64,000 nucleotides of DNA from Maribacter halichondriae (GTDB taxonomy: Bacteria > Bacteroidota > Bacteroidia > Flavobacteriales > Flavobacteriaceae), in the NCBI RefSeq assembly GCF_027474825.1, contig NZ_CP107030.1, positions 1,430,529-1,494,528 of the forward strand. Direction: 5' to 3'. Position 1 is the stretch's first letter. Each line of letters begins with the position of its first letter. A model generated the notes under the pieces. That model did no database searches and was not told the DNA's origin. It saw only the letters and a program-made list of their open reading frames with translations. A program made the translations under genes and the position numbers. This document shows, piece by piece, positions 52,201 to 62,953 of this stretch.

Positions 52201-54069
52201 TTAATTCGACTTTGTATACGAAATCTCCAGTTTTAGCTTTTTGGCGGAAGCGGTATTGCTTCCGAACAATATGGTGCCCAACGGGCTTATAGTAGAAGCC
52301 AAGGGAAGGTCTTTTTCATTCTCTTCAGGATCGGCCAATGTAGCCATCATCGAACCTACAAGATTGATATCAGGGGTAATCATCACCCCCAAGGTTGCGT
52401 TCGCTTCATCGCGCAAAATAATATCATTAAGATGATTGGTAATCCTAACCCTATATTTTTGACCATCGGTATCGCTCTGCAATAGACCATCGTATTGAGG
52501 AAACAGACGAAGGGAAGGTGTGCCTGATGGTGTCGCGTCGGTAGCTGCATCAAACAGAAATTCGGCGGTTTCCGCATTATATACGTATAACCTAGGAGGT
52601 TGAACGGTTTCTGCCGGAAGACTAGAACTATCTACATAGAACACCAAATTCGCTTCGTTTATGATCCAATTATTTGCCTTGATCTGGTCGATTACAGCAT
52701 TGGCCTGTACATCATCTTCACCAAAAAGTTTGATTTCTGCGTAGGATCCCGCGCCTCCTTTTAAAAATATTTTATCGGCATTTTCATTGGTATCCATCTT
52801 GTCGGCGATATCCGACGGAAAATTGTCGTTCACAAAGGTATTCACCGCATTACCCGTGTAAAAACCATTCTGAAATCGCAATAAAGAAAAGATAAATTCA
52901 CTTTCTGCTGGCGTAGCTGGCGCAACACCATCGGTATTCGCACTATCATAGGTATAAGTAATGGTAATTGTGGCCTGCGCCAAATTCAATAAGACCATGG
53001 TATCTTCCATAGCTTCCAAAGACAAATGAATGCCTCTAAGAAAATCATTGAAATTCGCCTGACTCAATAATTCGCTACTACCCTCTTTATCCAATATATT
53101 CTGTTGAAAGAAAATATTGCTCAGTGGAACTAGAATTCCTGGTTCAAAACGTTTTTTTACCTGACCTGTTTCGTCGACCGCGGTATCCGGATCATCTTCT
53201 TCGATTAAGAATACCGTTTCTTGGTTACTGATAATCACTTCGCCATCACCATCATTCAATACTTCCGAAACAAATGTTGGAGAAAAAGATTGGTTCGAGT
53301 AATATGCCTGCGCCTCTTCGAAATTGGCACTTGGATCTAGGTCACGCAAGAAATAGGTGGATCGTTCCACTTTGACCTTGAAGGAGTCTTCTAGGTCGTC
53401 CATAATATTTGGCCCGTAAATACTGTCGAGATCAAATTTCTTTGGAAAGGTATTTTTTATGGTATCAGGGTCTTCGCCATCCTTAATGCCATCACCATCG
53501 GTATCTTCGTTAAAAGGGTCGGTGCCACTGGTCTTCTCCTGTATATCGGTCAACCCATCAAGATCATAATCGCTATTTGCGTTGTTGACGTCCTCAGCTG
53601 TTCTTTCGAATTCGTCATCAACACCATCATTATCACTATCGCGAAGACTGGCATCGCTTGTCAAATAAGGAATGTGCAACAAAACACTGACTACGGTCTC
53701 ATTCTCTTTAACGGTGGTGTTGCTCGCATCGTTTTCTGCATTGTCTTCGGTGGCCTGGGAAAAATTTCCGAAAGTCGGGTTGGCAGTGCCGGTCGGAAAA
53801 AGTAATTGTGCGGTGATTCGCGCCTCTGTTCTTCCATAAATAGGATCATTAAATGCGCCCAATTGATAGACCGGCAACCTATTTGTTCGAACGGCCTCTA
53901 TTTTTTTGTTAAAGGCAAAAACATCAAAAGACTCTGTACCAGTTGTAAAAGGCTCTCCTCCAATAACGCCCGCGCCAATAATGGTCGGGTCTTTTTCGCA
54001 TGAAATCAATACCAACACGAGTAAAATTCCTGCCAAGGCAGAAAGTTTGAATCTATTTAAAAAAGTCAT
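52201..54069 (-). CDS. DUF4270-like lipoprotein with calcium-binding (DxDxDG) repeats
   Basis: Lipobox ISC. Aspartate-rich repeats. Conserved neighbour of the Bacteroidetes short glgA. Confidence 0.6.
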   Translation of the reverse strand: MTFLNRFKLSALAGILLVLVLISCEKDPTIIGAGVIGGEPFTTGTESFDVFAFNKKIEAVRTNRLPVYQLGAFNDPIYGRTEARITAQLLFPTGTANPTFGNFSQATEDNAENDASNTTVKENETVVSVLLHIPYLTSDASLRDSDNDGVDDEFERTAEDVNNANSDYDLDGLTDIQEKTSGTDPFNEDTDGDGIKDGEDPDTIKNTFPKKFDLDSIYGPNIMDDLEDSFKVKVERSTYFLRDLDPSANFEEAQAYYSNQSFSPTFVSEVLNDGDGEVIISNQETVFLIEEDDPDTAVDETGQVKKRFEPGILVPLSNIFFQQNILDKEGSSELLSQANFNDFLRGIHLSLEAMEDTMVLLNLAQATITITYTYDSANTDGVAPATPAESEFIFSLLRFQNGFYTGNAVNTFVNDNFPSDIADKMDTNENADKIFLKGGAGSYAEIKLFGEDDVQANAVIDQIKANNWIINEANLVFYVDSSSLPAETVQPPRLYVYNAETAEFLFDAATDATPSGTPSLRLFPQYDGLLQSDTDGQKYRVRITNHLNDIILRDEANATLGVMITPDINLVGSMMATLADPEENEKDLPLASTISPLGTILFGSNTASAKKLKLEISYTKSN

Positions 54070-54074
54070 TTAGA

Positions 54075-54884
54075 TTATTTTAAAACTTGAGTGTTATAAA
54101 AATTTGCATAGGCTTCCTCAAATTCTTGTAGAGAAACGTATGGCAACACAGGTTTTTCAAGGTTGGAAATATGTTTTTGTAAATCTTCGGGAATCTCTTC
54201 CGAGGCTAAAATAATTGCATCGGAGTGATCTACCGCTACTTTTAACAAATTATTATAGCTAGGTTGGCCCAATGGGGCTATAGTGTCTTTATCAATACCA
54301 TCAAAAGCTATTTTATCGATCATCGTATTATCCAATTCTCCTTCAAAGGAGCTACCATACACAGAAATGACAATCTTACTGTCTGCGAACAAAGGTTCAT
54401 CGGCGTAATATTTCTTCAAGTATAAGGGCAATAATGAGGCCATCCAACCATGAACATGAATAATATCAGGAGTCCAATTAAGCTTTTTCACCGTCTCTAC
54501 CACCCCTTTCGCAAAAAATATGGCACGCTGATCATTATCGGGGAAAAGATTTCCATCAACATCTGAAAAAGTCGCCTTTCTCTTAAAATACTCATCGTTG
54601 TCGATAAAATAAACCTGAATACGTTCCCTTGGTATGGAGGCCACTTTAATAATTAAGGGCATGTCCATATCGTTGATAACAAGGTTCATTCCCGATAAGC
54701 GTATAACCTCATGAAGCTGGTGCCTGCGCTCATTGATGTTTCCGTACCTTGGCATGAATATCCTGATCTGGCCACCATTGCTGTTGACCATTCTCGGGGT
54801 TTCGTATGACATTAAGGAAACTTCGTTTTCTGGTAGGTAGGGTACTAATTCTGAAGATACAAACAATATCTTTTTACCATTCAT
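54075..54884 (-). CDS. glgA: Glycogen synthase (short Bacteroidetes form)
   Basis: 269 aa. KILFVSSE...HxHGW motifs. Confidence 0.75.
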   Translation of the reverse strand: MNGKKILFVSSELVPYLPENEVSLMSYETPRMVNSNGGQIRIFMPRYGNINERRHQLHEVIRLSGMNLVINDMDMPLIIKVASIPRERIQVYFIDNDEYFKRKATFSDVDGNLFPDNDQRAIFFAKGVVETVKKLNWTPDIIHVHGWMASLLPLYLKKYYADEPLFADSKIVISVYGSSFEGELDNTMIDKIAFDGIDKDTIAPLGQPSYNNLLKVAVDHSDAIILASEEIPEDLQKHISNLEKPVLPYVSLQEFEEAYANFYNTQVLK

Positions 54885-54986
54885 AAAAGCTATATTTTGT
54901 TAACCGCGCAAACGGAATTGCAAAATTACAAAAATTATGCAGATTAGCCGTAATTATAGTAAGTTTGCTGGCCTTAACTGAAAATA

Positions 54987-55832
54987 ATGCAGGTATTAAA
55001 AACCCGAAAAGCGTTAAAATCGACACTATCTTCATTTCAAAAAGGATATGGGTTAGGACTTGTGCCCACCATGGGCGCACTACATCAAGGGCATATGGCC
55101 TTGGTAAGAAAGGCACTATCAGAGAACGACAAGGTGTTGGTTACCATTTTCGTCAACCCTACCCAGTTCAACAACGCCGAAGACCTTAAAAAATACCCGA
55201 AAACCTTGAAAGCCGATATTGCCCTGCTTGATCAGGTTTCAAACGATATTGTCGTATTTGCTCCTTCCATCGAAGAAATTTATGCGAAGGATGTTTCTTC
55301 CAAAACCTATCATTTCGATGGTCTTGATAAAGTTATGGAAGGTGCTTTTAGGGAAGATCATTTCGATGGTGTCGGCACTATAGTTGAGACCTTATTGCGA
55401 TTGGTCGGGCCCGACCGCGCCTATTTCGGGGAAAAGGATTTTCAACAATTACAGATTATCAAGAAATTGGTGGAAAAGCATCGTATTCCAGTCGACATTA
55501 TTGGCTGCCCAATTGTCAGGGAAGCTAACGGACTCGCCCTAAGCTCACGTAATGAAAGGCTCTCTAAAAACCTTAGAAAAGAAGCCGGATTTATATATAA
55601 AACCCTGAAAGCTGCCAAAAAACGATTTGGCACAGAAAGTGCTACTTATGTCAAGGAATGGGTCAGAAAACAATTTGAAAAACGTGAAGATCTCAGGTTG
55701 GAGTATATTGAAATAACCGATATCGAAACGTTGACCCCGACCCTTAGAAAACTGAAAAATAGAAAATATCGGGCGTTCGTTGCCGTATATGCCGACGATG
55801 TCAGGCTTATCGATAACATTGCCCTTAACTAA
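54987..55832 (+). CDS. panC: Pantoate--beta-alanine ligase
   Basis: PTMGALHQGH HIGH-type motif. Confidence 0.9.
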   Translation: MQVLKTRKALKSTLSSFQKGYGLGLVPTMGALHQGHMALVRKALSENDKVLVTIFVNPTQFNNAEDLKKYPKTLKADIALLDQVSNDIVVFAPSIEEIYAKDVSSKTYHFDGLDKVMEGAFREDHFDGVGTIVETLLRLVGPDRAYFGEKDFQQLQIIKKLVEKHRIPVDIIGCPIVREANGLALSSRNERLSKNLRKEAGFIYKTLKAAKKRFGTESATYVKEWVRKQFEKREDLRLEYIEITDIETLTPTLRKLKNRKYRAFVAVYADDVRLIDNIALN

Positions 55833-55914
55833 CAGGCGAATCACCGTAGGCTATTCGCGTTTTACGAAAGGTGCGTAGCGTATGGCGATTGGCAAAAAAT
55901 ACTACCTTTGCCCC

Positions 55915-56265
55915 ATGCAAATCGAAGTTGTAAAATCAAAGATCCACCGTGTCAAAGTGACGGGTGCCGATCTTAATTATATAGGAAGTATAACCATTGA
56001 TGAAGACTTGATGGATGCCGCGAACCTTGTACAAGGTGAAAAAGTACAGATTGTCAACAACAACAATGGCGAACGTTTGGAAACCTATGCCATTCCCGGA
56101 CCCCGCGGAAGCGGCGAAATAACCTTGAACGGTGCTGCCTCAAGGCGCGTTGCTGTGGGTGACGTTCTTATTTTGATATCGTATGCCAGAATGGATATCG
56201 AGGAGGCCAAAACATTCAACCCTTCATTGGTATTCCCGAACGAAGAGAACAACCTCTTGAACTAA
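55915..56265 (+). CDS. panD: Aspartate 1-decarboxylase
   Basis: [29 protein letters not shown]. The likely true start is the internal ATG at 55915. Confidence 0.85.
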   Translation: MQIEVVKSKIHRVKVTGADLNYIGSITIDEDLMDAANLVQGEKVQIVNNNNGERLETYAIPGPRGSGEITLNGAASRRVAVGDVLILISYARMDIEEAKTFNPSLVFPNEENNLLN

Positions 56266-56378
56266 ATTTTGAACGACCGACTTAAAAAGGCCTTAAAGAC
56301 CATACTTCCAATTGCATTGGGAGTTTTTTAGTTTGGTACTGGTTTAGTACCACCACTACGACAGACCGAAAACAAATA

Positions 56379-57233
56379 TTGTACTATATAAAACAAGCCG
56401 ATCTGTTTTGGGTGAGTATTTCGATTCTTCTGGGTGTTTTAGCACATGTATCTCGCGCCATTCGCTGGAATTATTTATTGGAACCTTTGGGATATAAACC
56501 CAAGCTCAGTAATAATATTCTTATTATTTTGTTGTCTTATTTTGCCAACTTGATTCCTCCAAGGGCAGGCGAATTTCTAAGAGCAACGGCATTGGCCACT
56601 TACGAGGATGTCCCGTTTGAAAAAGGGTTCGGAACCATTATTACCGAAAGGGTCGTCGACGTCATTATGCTTTTGACAATTATCGTAACTACCTTCTTTC
56701 TTCATACAGACATCATCTTAGGCTATTTGCACGACATGGGTCTCCCCATAAGCAAGATACTTTTGCTACTTGGTATCGGACTTTTGGGTCTTACAATTTT
56801 CATGATGTTCATCAAAAAATCTAACCATAGATTTGCGGTAAAGATCAAGGGGTTTATAAAAGGGCTAATAGACGGCGTTCTGAGTATTTTTAAAATGAAG
56901 CATAAATGGGCATTCGTATTCCACACCTTATTCATTTGGGGCTGTTATATCGGTATGCTCTGGGTCATTAAATTTACCGTGCCCGAGACTATGGAACTTT
57001 CATTGAGCCAATTGATGGTGGCCTTTGTAGCCGGGGCTTTTGCCATGGCCACCACCAATGGCGGAATCGGTCTTTACCCCATTGCCGTAAGTAAGGCCTT
57101 GGCCATTTTCGGCATTAGTGCGGTATCAGGTGATGCATTTGGGTGGATCATGTGGATATCGCAAACCTTGATGATCGTTGTTTTTGGTGCAATATCCTTT
57201 CTGGTATTACCGTTATGGAACAGAAACCGATAG
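56379..57233 (+). CDS. UPF0104/lysylphosphatidylglycerol-synthase-TM-region-like flippase-like membrane protein
   Basis: 284 aa with 7-8 TM helices. Conserved NLIPPRAGEFLR motif. Confidence 0.6.
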   Translation: MYYIKQADLFWVSISILLGVLAHVSRAIRWNYLLEPLGYKPKLSNNILIILLSYFANLIPPRAGEFLRATALATYEDVPFEKGFGTIITERVVDVIMLLTIIVTTFFLHTDIILGYLHDMGLPISKILLLLGIGLLGLTIFMMFIKKSNHRFAVKIKGFIKGLIDGVLSIFKMKHKWAFVFHTLFIWGCYIGMLWVIKFTVPETMELSLSQLMVAFVAGAFAMATTNGGIGLYPIAVSKALAIFGISAVSGDAFGWIMWISQTLMIVVFGAISFLVLPLWNRNR

Positions 57234-57420
57234 CTCAGAAACTATTTGGAAATGTGTGATTAGATTTTTTATAGGTTATTTTTGATGCCTAACGAGGCAA
57301 AATTTTTAAGCATAGCCCAAGCTATGGTTAAAAATTTTAACGAAGTAGGGCGCAAAAAGAGGCATAAGAAAATAATCAACATGTTTCCAAATAGTTTCTC
57401 GTATCGTCAAAAACAGTACC

Positions 57421-58563
57421 ATGAAACGGATTTTTACCCTCCTCGCATTCAGCCTTTGCTTCGCATTGAACGCACAGGTCACCAAAGAAATTTTTGAATC
57501 GTTCAAACTACAGGAGCGCAGGGATGTTAGCTATTACTTTCCCGAAGATTATGACAAGGAGAAAAAATACCCGCTTATTGTGGTTCTCGATGGCGATTAT
57601 CTTTTTGATCAGGTCGTCGCCAATGCCAAATTCTATAGCCAGTTTCATGGCATGCCACAAAGCATTGTTGTTGGGGTACACCAGAGCAAGAACAGTATTC
57701 GTTTGGACGATTGCGCATGGGACAAGGAAACCGGACTCCCATCTGAAAAAGGAAAAAAGTTTTTTGAGTTCTTGGGAATGGAAATCATTCCGTACTTAGA
57801 TTTAAACTACAGCACCGCACCGTTTAAAATGATCGTGGGCTACGATATTACCGCCAACTTTATGAACTATTGGTTGTTCAAGGATAATTCGTTGTTCAAT
57901 GCTTATATCAATATTTCTCCGGACTTAGCTCCTGAGATGGAAACCCGTGTCCCTGAACGTTTAAGTAAGTTCGACAAACAAATTTTCTATCAAGTCATTT
58001 TGGAGGGAGAGCAAAACAACAATACCCCAAAAATCATGGCCATGGACAAATCCATCAAGGCCATCAACAAAGAATCGTTGCACTATTATTTAGACGAATA
58101 CCCTACCGCCGACCATATTTCTATCGCCACATACGGCATCGGAAAGGCCTTTGACAATATCTTCGGAATGTTCAAACCGATAAGTCCGAAAGAATATAAG
58201 ACGCAGATCTTAACATCGGAAGAACCGGTTTTTGCTTATTTGGAAAATAAATACAAAGGTATTGAGGACCTCTTTGGTTTTCAAAAGGGCGTTGACCTCA
58301 ATGATGTGATGGCAATCTACGCGGGCATTCGCAAAAAAGAGGATACCGAATCGTTAAAACCCTTGTCAGATTTGTGCAAAAGGGAATTCCCAGGCACGAT
58401 GTTGGGCTTCTACTTCGAGGGTGAATACTATGAACAGATAGGGGAGCCCAAAAAGGCTTTGAAAACCTTCGAAAAATCGTTCGGTATGGACGAAATCGAT
58501 TTCTTGACCAAAGAAATGGCACTCGAAAAAATCGATGCCTTGAAGGCGGATTTTGGGTTTTAA
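57421..58563 (+). CDS. Alpha/beta hydrolase (putative esterase family) with a signal peptide
   Basis: YPLIVVLDGDYLF esterase-family N-terminal block. Confidence 0.55.
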   Translation: MKRIFTLLAFSLCFALNAQVTKEIFESFKLQERRDVSYYFPEDYDKEKKYPLIVVLDGDYLFDQVVANAKFYSQFHGMPQSIVVGVHQSKNSIRLDDCAWDKETGLPSEKGKKFFEFLGMEIIPYLDLNYSTAPFKMIVGYDITANFMNYWLFKDNSLFNAYINISPDLAPEMETRVPERLSKFDKQIFYQVILEGEQNNNTPKIMAMDKSIKAINKESLHYYLDEYPTADHISIATYGIGKAFDNIFGMFKPISPKEYKTQILTSEEPVFAYLENKYKGIEDLFGFQKGVDLNDVMAIYAGIRKKEDTESLKPLSDLCKREFPGTMLGFYFEGEYYEQIGEPKKALKTFEKSFGMDEIDFLTKEMALEKIDALKADFGF

Positions 58564-58582
58564 CTAATGAGTGTCGTGCCAT

Positions 58583-58608
58583 CAAAGTCGGGAGACTTTG
58601 CGGAGCGG
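58583..58608. repeat. REP-like palindromic module A (TCAAAGTCGGGAGACTTTGCGGAGCG). An inverted second copy lies at 59468-59493.
   Basis: 26-bp perfect inverted match. Each copy is itself a hairpin (CAAAGTC-GGGA-GACTTTG). Confidence 0.85.
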
Positions 58609-58622
58609 TTTATAAGGCCTGT

Positions 58623-58645
58623 CCGGTCGAGCGCAGTCGAGACCT
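58623..58645. repeat. REP-like module B (GGTCGAGCGCAGTCGAGACCT). An inverted copy lies at 29103-29125, with degenerate relatives near 4291-4320 and 10838-10862.
   Basis: 21/21 reverse-complement identity between 29103-29123 and 58623-58643. Confidence 0.8.
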
Positions 58646-58656
58646 ACTGGCTGTAA

Positions 58657-58690
58657 AATTCCAAATTCCAAGCACCAAATTCTAAAAAAC
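58657..58690. repeat. Repeat module C (AAATTCCAAATTYCAAGCACCAAATTCYAAAA). A second copy lies at 43739-43770, between atpD and atpC.
   Basis: About 33/35 identity between the two copies. Confidence 0.75.
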
Positions 58691-58716
58691 TTAACCCCAT
58701 TTTAATTTTCCTCTGA

Positions 58717-59325
58717 ATGAATAAACTCCTTATATACTCGCCGCTCATATTAACTTTCCTAACAGTTTTCATTTCCAATGCTCAAAACAAAAAAGCTGTA
58801 TTATTCTTTAAAGATGGAACAGTAAAAGAAGGGTTAGGAAAAATTCACAATAAATCATTTGTGAAATTTCAATTAGATAAAAGGAGTACCCCTGTTCTTT
58901 ATCACTTCGCGGGTCTGGACAGTTTAAAAATCTATGAAGAACCTGAAGCTGTTACCTATGTTTATATGAAACTTTCCAATAAAAAAGAACCAAAGGTGCT
59001 TAAGCAACTTCAAACAGGAAAAGTGAGTTTATATTATCTAATCAGAGGTCAAAATTCTAGCACAAGGATAGGTGGTAACGGTCCAGGCGAAGGAGGCTTT
59101 CAAAATGTCTCTTCCTCTGCCAAAAAAGATATTTACGTTAAAAAGAATGACGAAGACACGGCAACCTATTTAAGCTCTTTAAAACTAATTTCCAAAAATT
59201 TTAAGGAGACCACTACGGAGTATTTTAAGGATTGTCCGAATTTGGTTGAGAAAATTTCTAATCACGAATTCACTAAATATGATATGAGAAGAATAGTCGA
59301 TTATTATAACAGTACATGTGATTAA
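58717..59325 (+). CDS. Hypothetical secreted protein (low GC, flanked by REP-like palindromes)
   Basis: Signal peptide. No recognisable motifs. AT-rich relative to its neighbours. Confidence 0.45.
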   Translation: MNKLLIYSPLILTFLTVFISNAQNKKAVLFFKDGTVKEGLGKIHNKSFVKFQLDKRSTPVLYHFAGLDSLKIYEEPEAVTYVYMKLSNKKEPKVLKQLQTGKVSLYYLIRGQNSSTRIGGNGPGEGGFQNVSSSAKKDIYVKKNDEDTATYLSSLKLISKNFKETTTEYFKDCPNLVEKISNHEFTKYDMRRIVDYYNSTCD

Positions 59326-59547
59326 TTATACCGCCCCACGCTCCTGCTAGTCTCTGACTCGTGGCGTACCGAGCAAGCAAAGAAACTTTCTACATCACGT
59401 AACGAACACCCCTAAGGTCCCCTCAAGGGGACAATTCTCTTATATAAACTTCTCAACTCATAAATCGCTCCGCAAAGTCTCCCGACTTTGAGGCACCACA
59501 TCCCCAACAAAGTTTTATCTTTATCGCCTGACCTGTATAAATTAGGA

Positions 59548-60909
59548 ATGGCCAAAACCAAAACAGCTTTTTTCTGTCAAAACTGCGGTACCCAATATGC
59601 GAAATGGGTGGGGCAGTGTTCAGCGTGTAAGGAATGGAACACCGTAGTCGAAGAGGTCATTCAAAAAGAGGAAAAATCAGGTTGGAAAACTCCGTCGAAT
59701 ACCAGCAAAAAAATTGCCAAACCTTTACGAATCCAAGAAATAAGCACCGAAAAAGAATTGCGGCTCAACGCATACGACCTTGAATTCAATCGGGTCTTGG
59801 GAGGTGGTCTGGTTCCAGGATCATTGGTGTTATTGGGCGGCGAACCCGGTATCGGAAAAAGTACGTTGTTGCTACAGATTGCGTTAAAGCTTCCTTACAA
59901 GACACTTTATGTTTCTGGGGAGGAGAGTCAAAAGCAAATAAAAATGAGGGCGGATCGTATTCATCCGAACAGTGAAAACTGTTTTATCCTCACGGAGACA
60001 AAAACACAGAATATCTTTCAACAGATCGAGGCCACCGAGCCTGATATTGTAGTTATTGATTCCATTCAGACCTTGCATTCCGATTATATTGAATCGGCGG
60101 CGGGAAGTATTTCACAAATTCGGGAGTGCACAGCGGAATTGATAAAATTCGCGAAGGAGACCAACACTCCCGTTATATTGATTGGCCATATTACCAAAGA
60201 TGGTTCCATCGCAGGACCCAAGATTTTGGAGCATATGGTCGATACTGTCCTACAGTTCGAAGGTGACCGAAATTATGTGTACCGCATTCTTCGAGCGCTC
60301 AAAAACCGATTCGGTTCGACCGCCGAACTTGGTATTTATGAAATGCAGGGCAGCGGTTTACGGGAGGTGAACAATCCGTCAGAGATTTTGATTTCCAAAA
60401 ATGATGAAGGTCTGAGCGGCACCGCCATTGCCTCAACAGTTGAGGGCATGCGGCCTTTACTTATAGAAATACAGGCCTTGGTCAGCACCGCAGTCTATGG
60501 CACTCCACAACGTTCGGCAACCGGTTATAATGCCAAACGCCTCAATATGTTGTTGGCCGTTCTCGAAAAAAGAGCGGGCTTCAAACTCGGGGCCAAAGAC
60601 GTTTTCTTGAACATTACCGGAGGCATTTCCGTTGATGATCCCGCCATCGACCTGGCGGTTATTGCGGCCATTCTTTCCAGTAACGAAGATATTCCAATTG
60701 AAAAGGGAATTTGTTTTGCGGCCGAGGTTGGATTAGCAGGAGAAATTCGTCCCGTACAACGTGTGGAGCAACGCATTTTGGAAGCCGAAAAACTCGGTTT
60801 CACCTCTATATATGTCTCCAAAAGAAATAAAATAGCACTCAAGAATACGAAAATCGAAGTCCATTTGGTCGCTAAAATCGAAGATGTGGTTGAAGGATTG
60901 TTCGGTTAG
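59548..60909 (+). CDS. radA: DNA repair protein RadA/Sms
   Basis: CQNCG...CSAC zinc finger. RecA-like GEPGIGKST P-loop. Lon-like C-terminal domain. Confidence 0.95.
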   Translation: MAKTKTAFFCQNCGTQYAKWVGQCSACKEWNTVVEEVIQKEEKSGWKTPSNTSKKIAKPLRIQEISTEKELRLNAYDLEFNRVLGGGLVPGSLVLLGGEPGIGKSTLLLQIALKLPYKTLYVSGEESQKQIKMRADRIHPNSENCFILTETKTQNIFQQIEATEPDIVVIDSIQTLHSDYIESAAGSISQIRECTAELIKFAKETNTPVILIGHITKDGSIAGPKILEHMVDTVLQFEGDRNYVYRILRALKNRFGSTAELGIYEMQGSGLREVNNPSEILISKNDEGLSGTAIASTVEGMRPLLIEIQALVSTAVYGTPQRSATGYNAKRLNMLLAVLEKRAGFKLGAKDVFLNITGGISVDDPAIDLAVIAAILSSNEDIPIEKGICFAAEVGLAGEIRPVQRVEQRILEAEKLGFTSIYVSKRNKIALKNTKIEVHLVAKIEDVVEGLFG

Positions 60910-61004
60910 CGCTTGTCCCTCATTATTCTGGCAATGACCAAAATTATAATTACCACTCCTAGAATAACGACAAATTGTCCAAAACCGATTTTTAAAAAGA
61001 GCAT
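60906..61004 (-). CDS. Candidate 32-aa single-TM peptide (MLFLKIGFGQFVVILGVVIIILVIARIMRDKR)
   Basis: ATG 10 nt downstream of the AKR stop. Hydrophobic core with a basic tail. Its stop overlaps the radA stop. Confidence 0.25.
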   Translation of the reverse strand: MLFLKIGFGQFVVILGVVIIILVIARIMRDKR

Positions 61005-61013
61005 AATTTTATT

Positions 61014-62053
61014 TTAGGGCGAAGGGTTAGGTATTTCATTATGAATCGCCTCGATACCTTGCAAAACCGCGTCACTTAATTTTGTATCGATGCTCGCTAT
61101 ATTTTCTTGCAATTGTTTCATACTTGTGGCACCGATAATATTACTCGTCAAAAATGGTCTACTGTTCACAAAGGCCAAGGCCATTTGCGTCATTGAAATA
61201 TCGTTGTCTTGTGCCAGTTTGTGATATTTCTCCGTAGCCCTGATTGCAGTTTCACTACTATAACGATCGTATTGCGGAAATAAGGTGATTCTTGCGGTTG
61301 CCGGTTGCATGCCTCCAAGGTACTTTCCGGTCAGGGTTCCGAATCCTAATGGGGAATAAGCCAACAAGCCTATTTTTTCCCGATGGGAAACCTCTGCATT
61401 ACCGACCTCGAACAATCGGTTGAGCAGGTTGTATGGGTTCTGGATCGTGGATACCCTTGGCAAACTCGCATGTACTTTACTCTCTTCTAAAAAGCGCATT
61501 ACCCCCAAGGGGTTTCATTCGAGAGACCCACATGTCGAACTTTCCCTTCGCGTATCAAGTCGCGAAAAGTTTCAAGTATTTGATGGATATTATCTTGCCA
61601 ATGATCCGAAATATCATGTTCATAGCCTCGTTTTCCAAAGAAATTGGTATTTCGATCCGGCCAATGCAACTGATATAAATCGATATAATCGGTCTGCAGC
61701 CGTTCCAAACTCGCATTGACGGCATTGATGATCGACTCACGATTGATTCCCGTTTCACGTATGAACTTCGAAAAACTGGCTTTGCCAATAATCTTGGTAG
61801 CCAAGATTACCTTATCGCGATTTCCTGATTTTTTGAACCAAGTCCCAATAATTTTCTCGGTATCGGCATACCGATCCGGATGGGCGGGAACGGGATATAA
61901 CTCCGCACAATCAAAAAAATTCACTCCCTGATCTAGGGCGTAATCCATTTGCTCATGGCCCTCCGCCTCGGTATTCTGTTTGCCCCAGGTCATGGTACCC
62001 AGACAGATTTTACTGACCTCTATATCGGTATGTGGCAGTTTGGTGTATTCCAT
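61014..62053 (-). pseudogene. Aldo/keto reductase (Tas/YajO-like), with an apparent frameshift at a C5/G5 run at 61501-61505
   Basis: Two overlapping ORFs of 184 aa and 164 aa. G6 instead of G5 gives ...GLSNETPWGVMRFLEES... Confidence 0.8.
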
Positions 62054-62124
62054 AGGTTGGCAAGAGACTTTATTTCACGGCAAATTTACAAATATATCAG
62101 TCGTATATTTTTCGGGATGGAGAA

Positions 62125-62888
62125 TTAATTTTCAACCTCGACCAAAATCGGACAATGATCACTATGCCTTGCCTCAGATAAGATTACTGAGCGTTTTAAT
62201 CGGTCTTTCAGCGATTCAGAAACCATTCCGTAATCAAGACGCCAACCCTTATTATTGTTTCTAGCATTGGCACGGTAACTCCACCAAGTATAATTGTGGG
62301 GCTCATCATTGAAATGCCGGAAGCTGTCGATAAACCCGCTTTTGATAAAGTTACCGATCCATTCCCGCTCGACGGGCAAAAATCCGGAAACATTCTTAAG
62401 CCCAACAGGATTATGGATATCGATGGCCTCGTGACAGATATTATAATCGCCCAGTACGATAAGATTGGGAAGCTCTTTTCGTAATTCATCCGCATATTTC
62501 TGAAAATCGGCCATATAGGTGAGCTTATGCTCCAATCTTGCCAAATTGGTTCCAGATGGCAAGTACATGCTCATTACGGAAACATCACCATAATCGGCAC
62601 GGATATTTCTTCCTTCGAAATCCATGTAATCGATTCCTGTTCCCATTTCAACGTGCTCGGGTTTTTTCCTGGAAAGTATTGCCACGCCACTATATCCTTT
62701 TTTTGGGCACTGAACCAATAATTATTGCCATACCCCGCTTCTTCAAAAATGGAGAGATCAAGTTGTTCCTCCATTGCCTTTATTTCCTGCAAACAAACCA
62801 CATCGGGGTTTACAGCTTGCAACCATTCGATAAAACCTTTGTTCAAGGCTGCGCGGATGCCGTTTACGTTATAGGATACGATCTTCAC
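62125..62888 (-). pseudogene. xth: Exodeoxyribonuclease III, with an apparent frameshift at a T7/A7 run at 62698-62704
   Basis: N-terminus MKIVSYNVNGIRAA...CLQE. The C-terminal ORF ends ...SDHCPILVEVEN. A8 instead of A7 joins the two ORFs (…FSAQKKGYSGVAIL…). Confidence 0.8.
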
Positions 62889-62953
62889 TTTTTGATATTT
62901 TTCCCGAAAATAGGGAGACTTATTTTTAAAGGAATGTCAAGTTGGATTTTAAA

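Noticed and set aside
58717-59325. Is the inverted-repeat-flanked gene a transposase or IS element?
   Set aside because: The product has a signal peptide and no DDE, HTH or serine/tyrosine recombinase motifs. The repeats are short REP-like palindromes, not IS terminal inverted repeats with target-site duplications.
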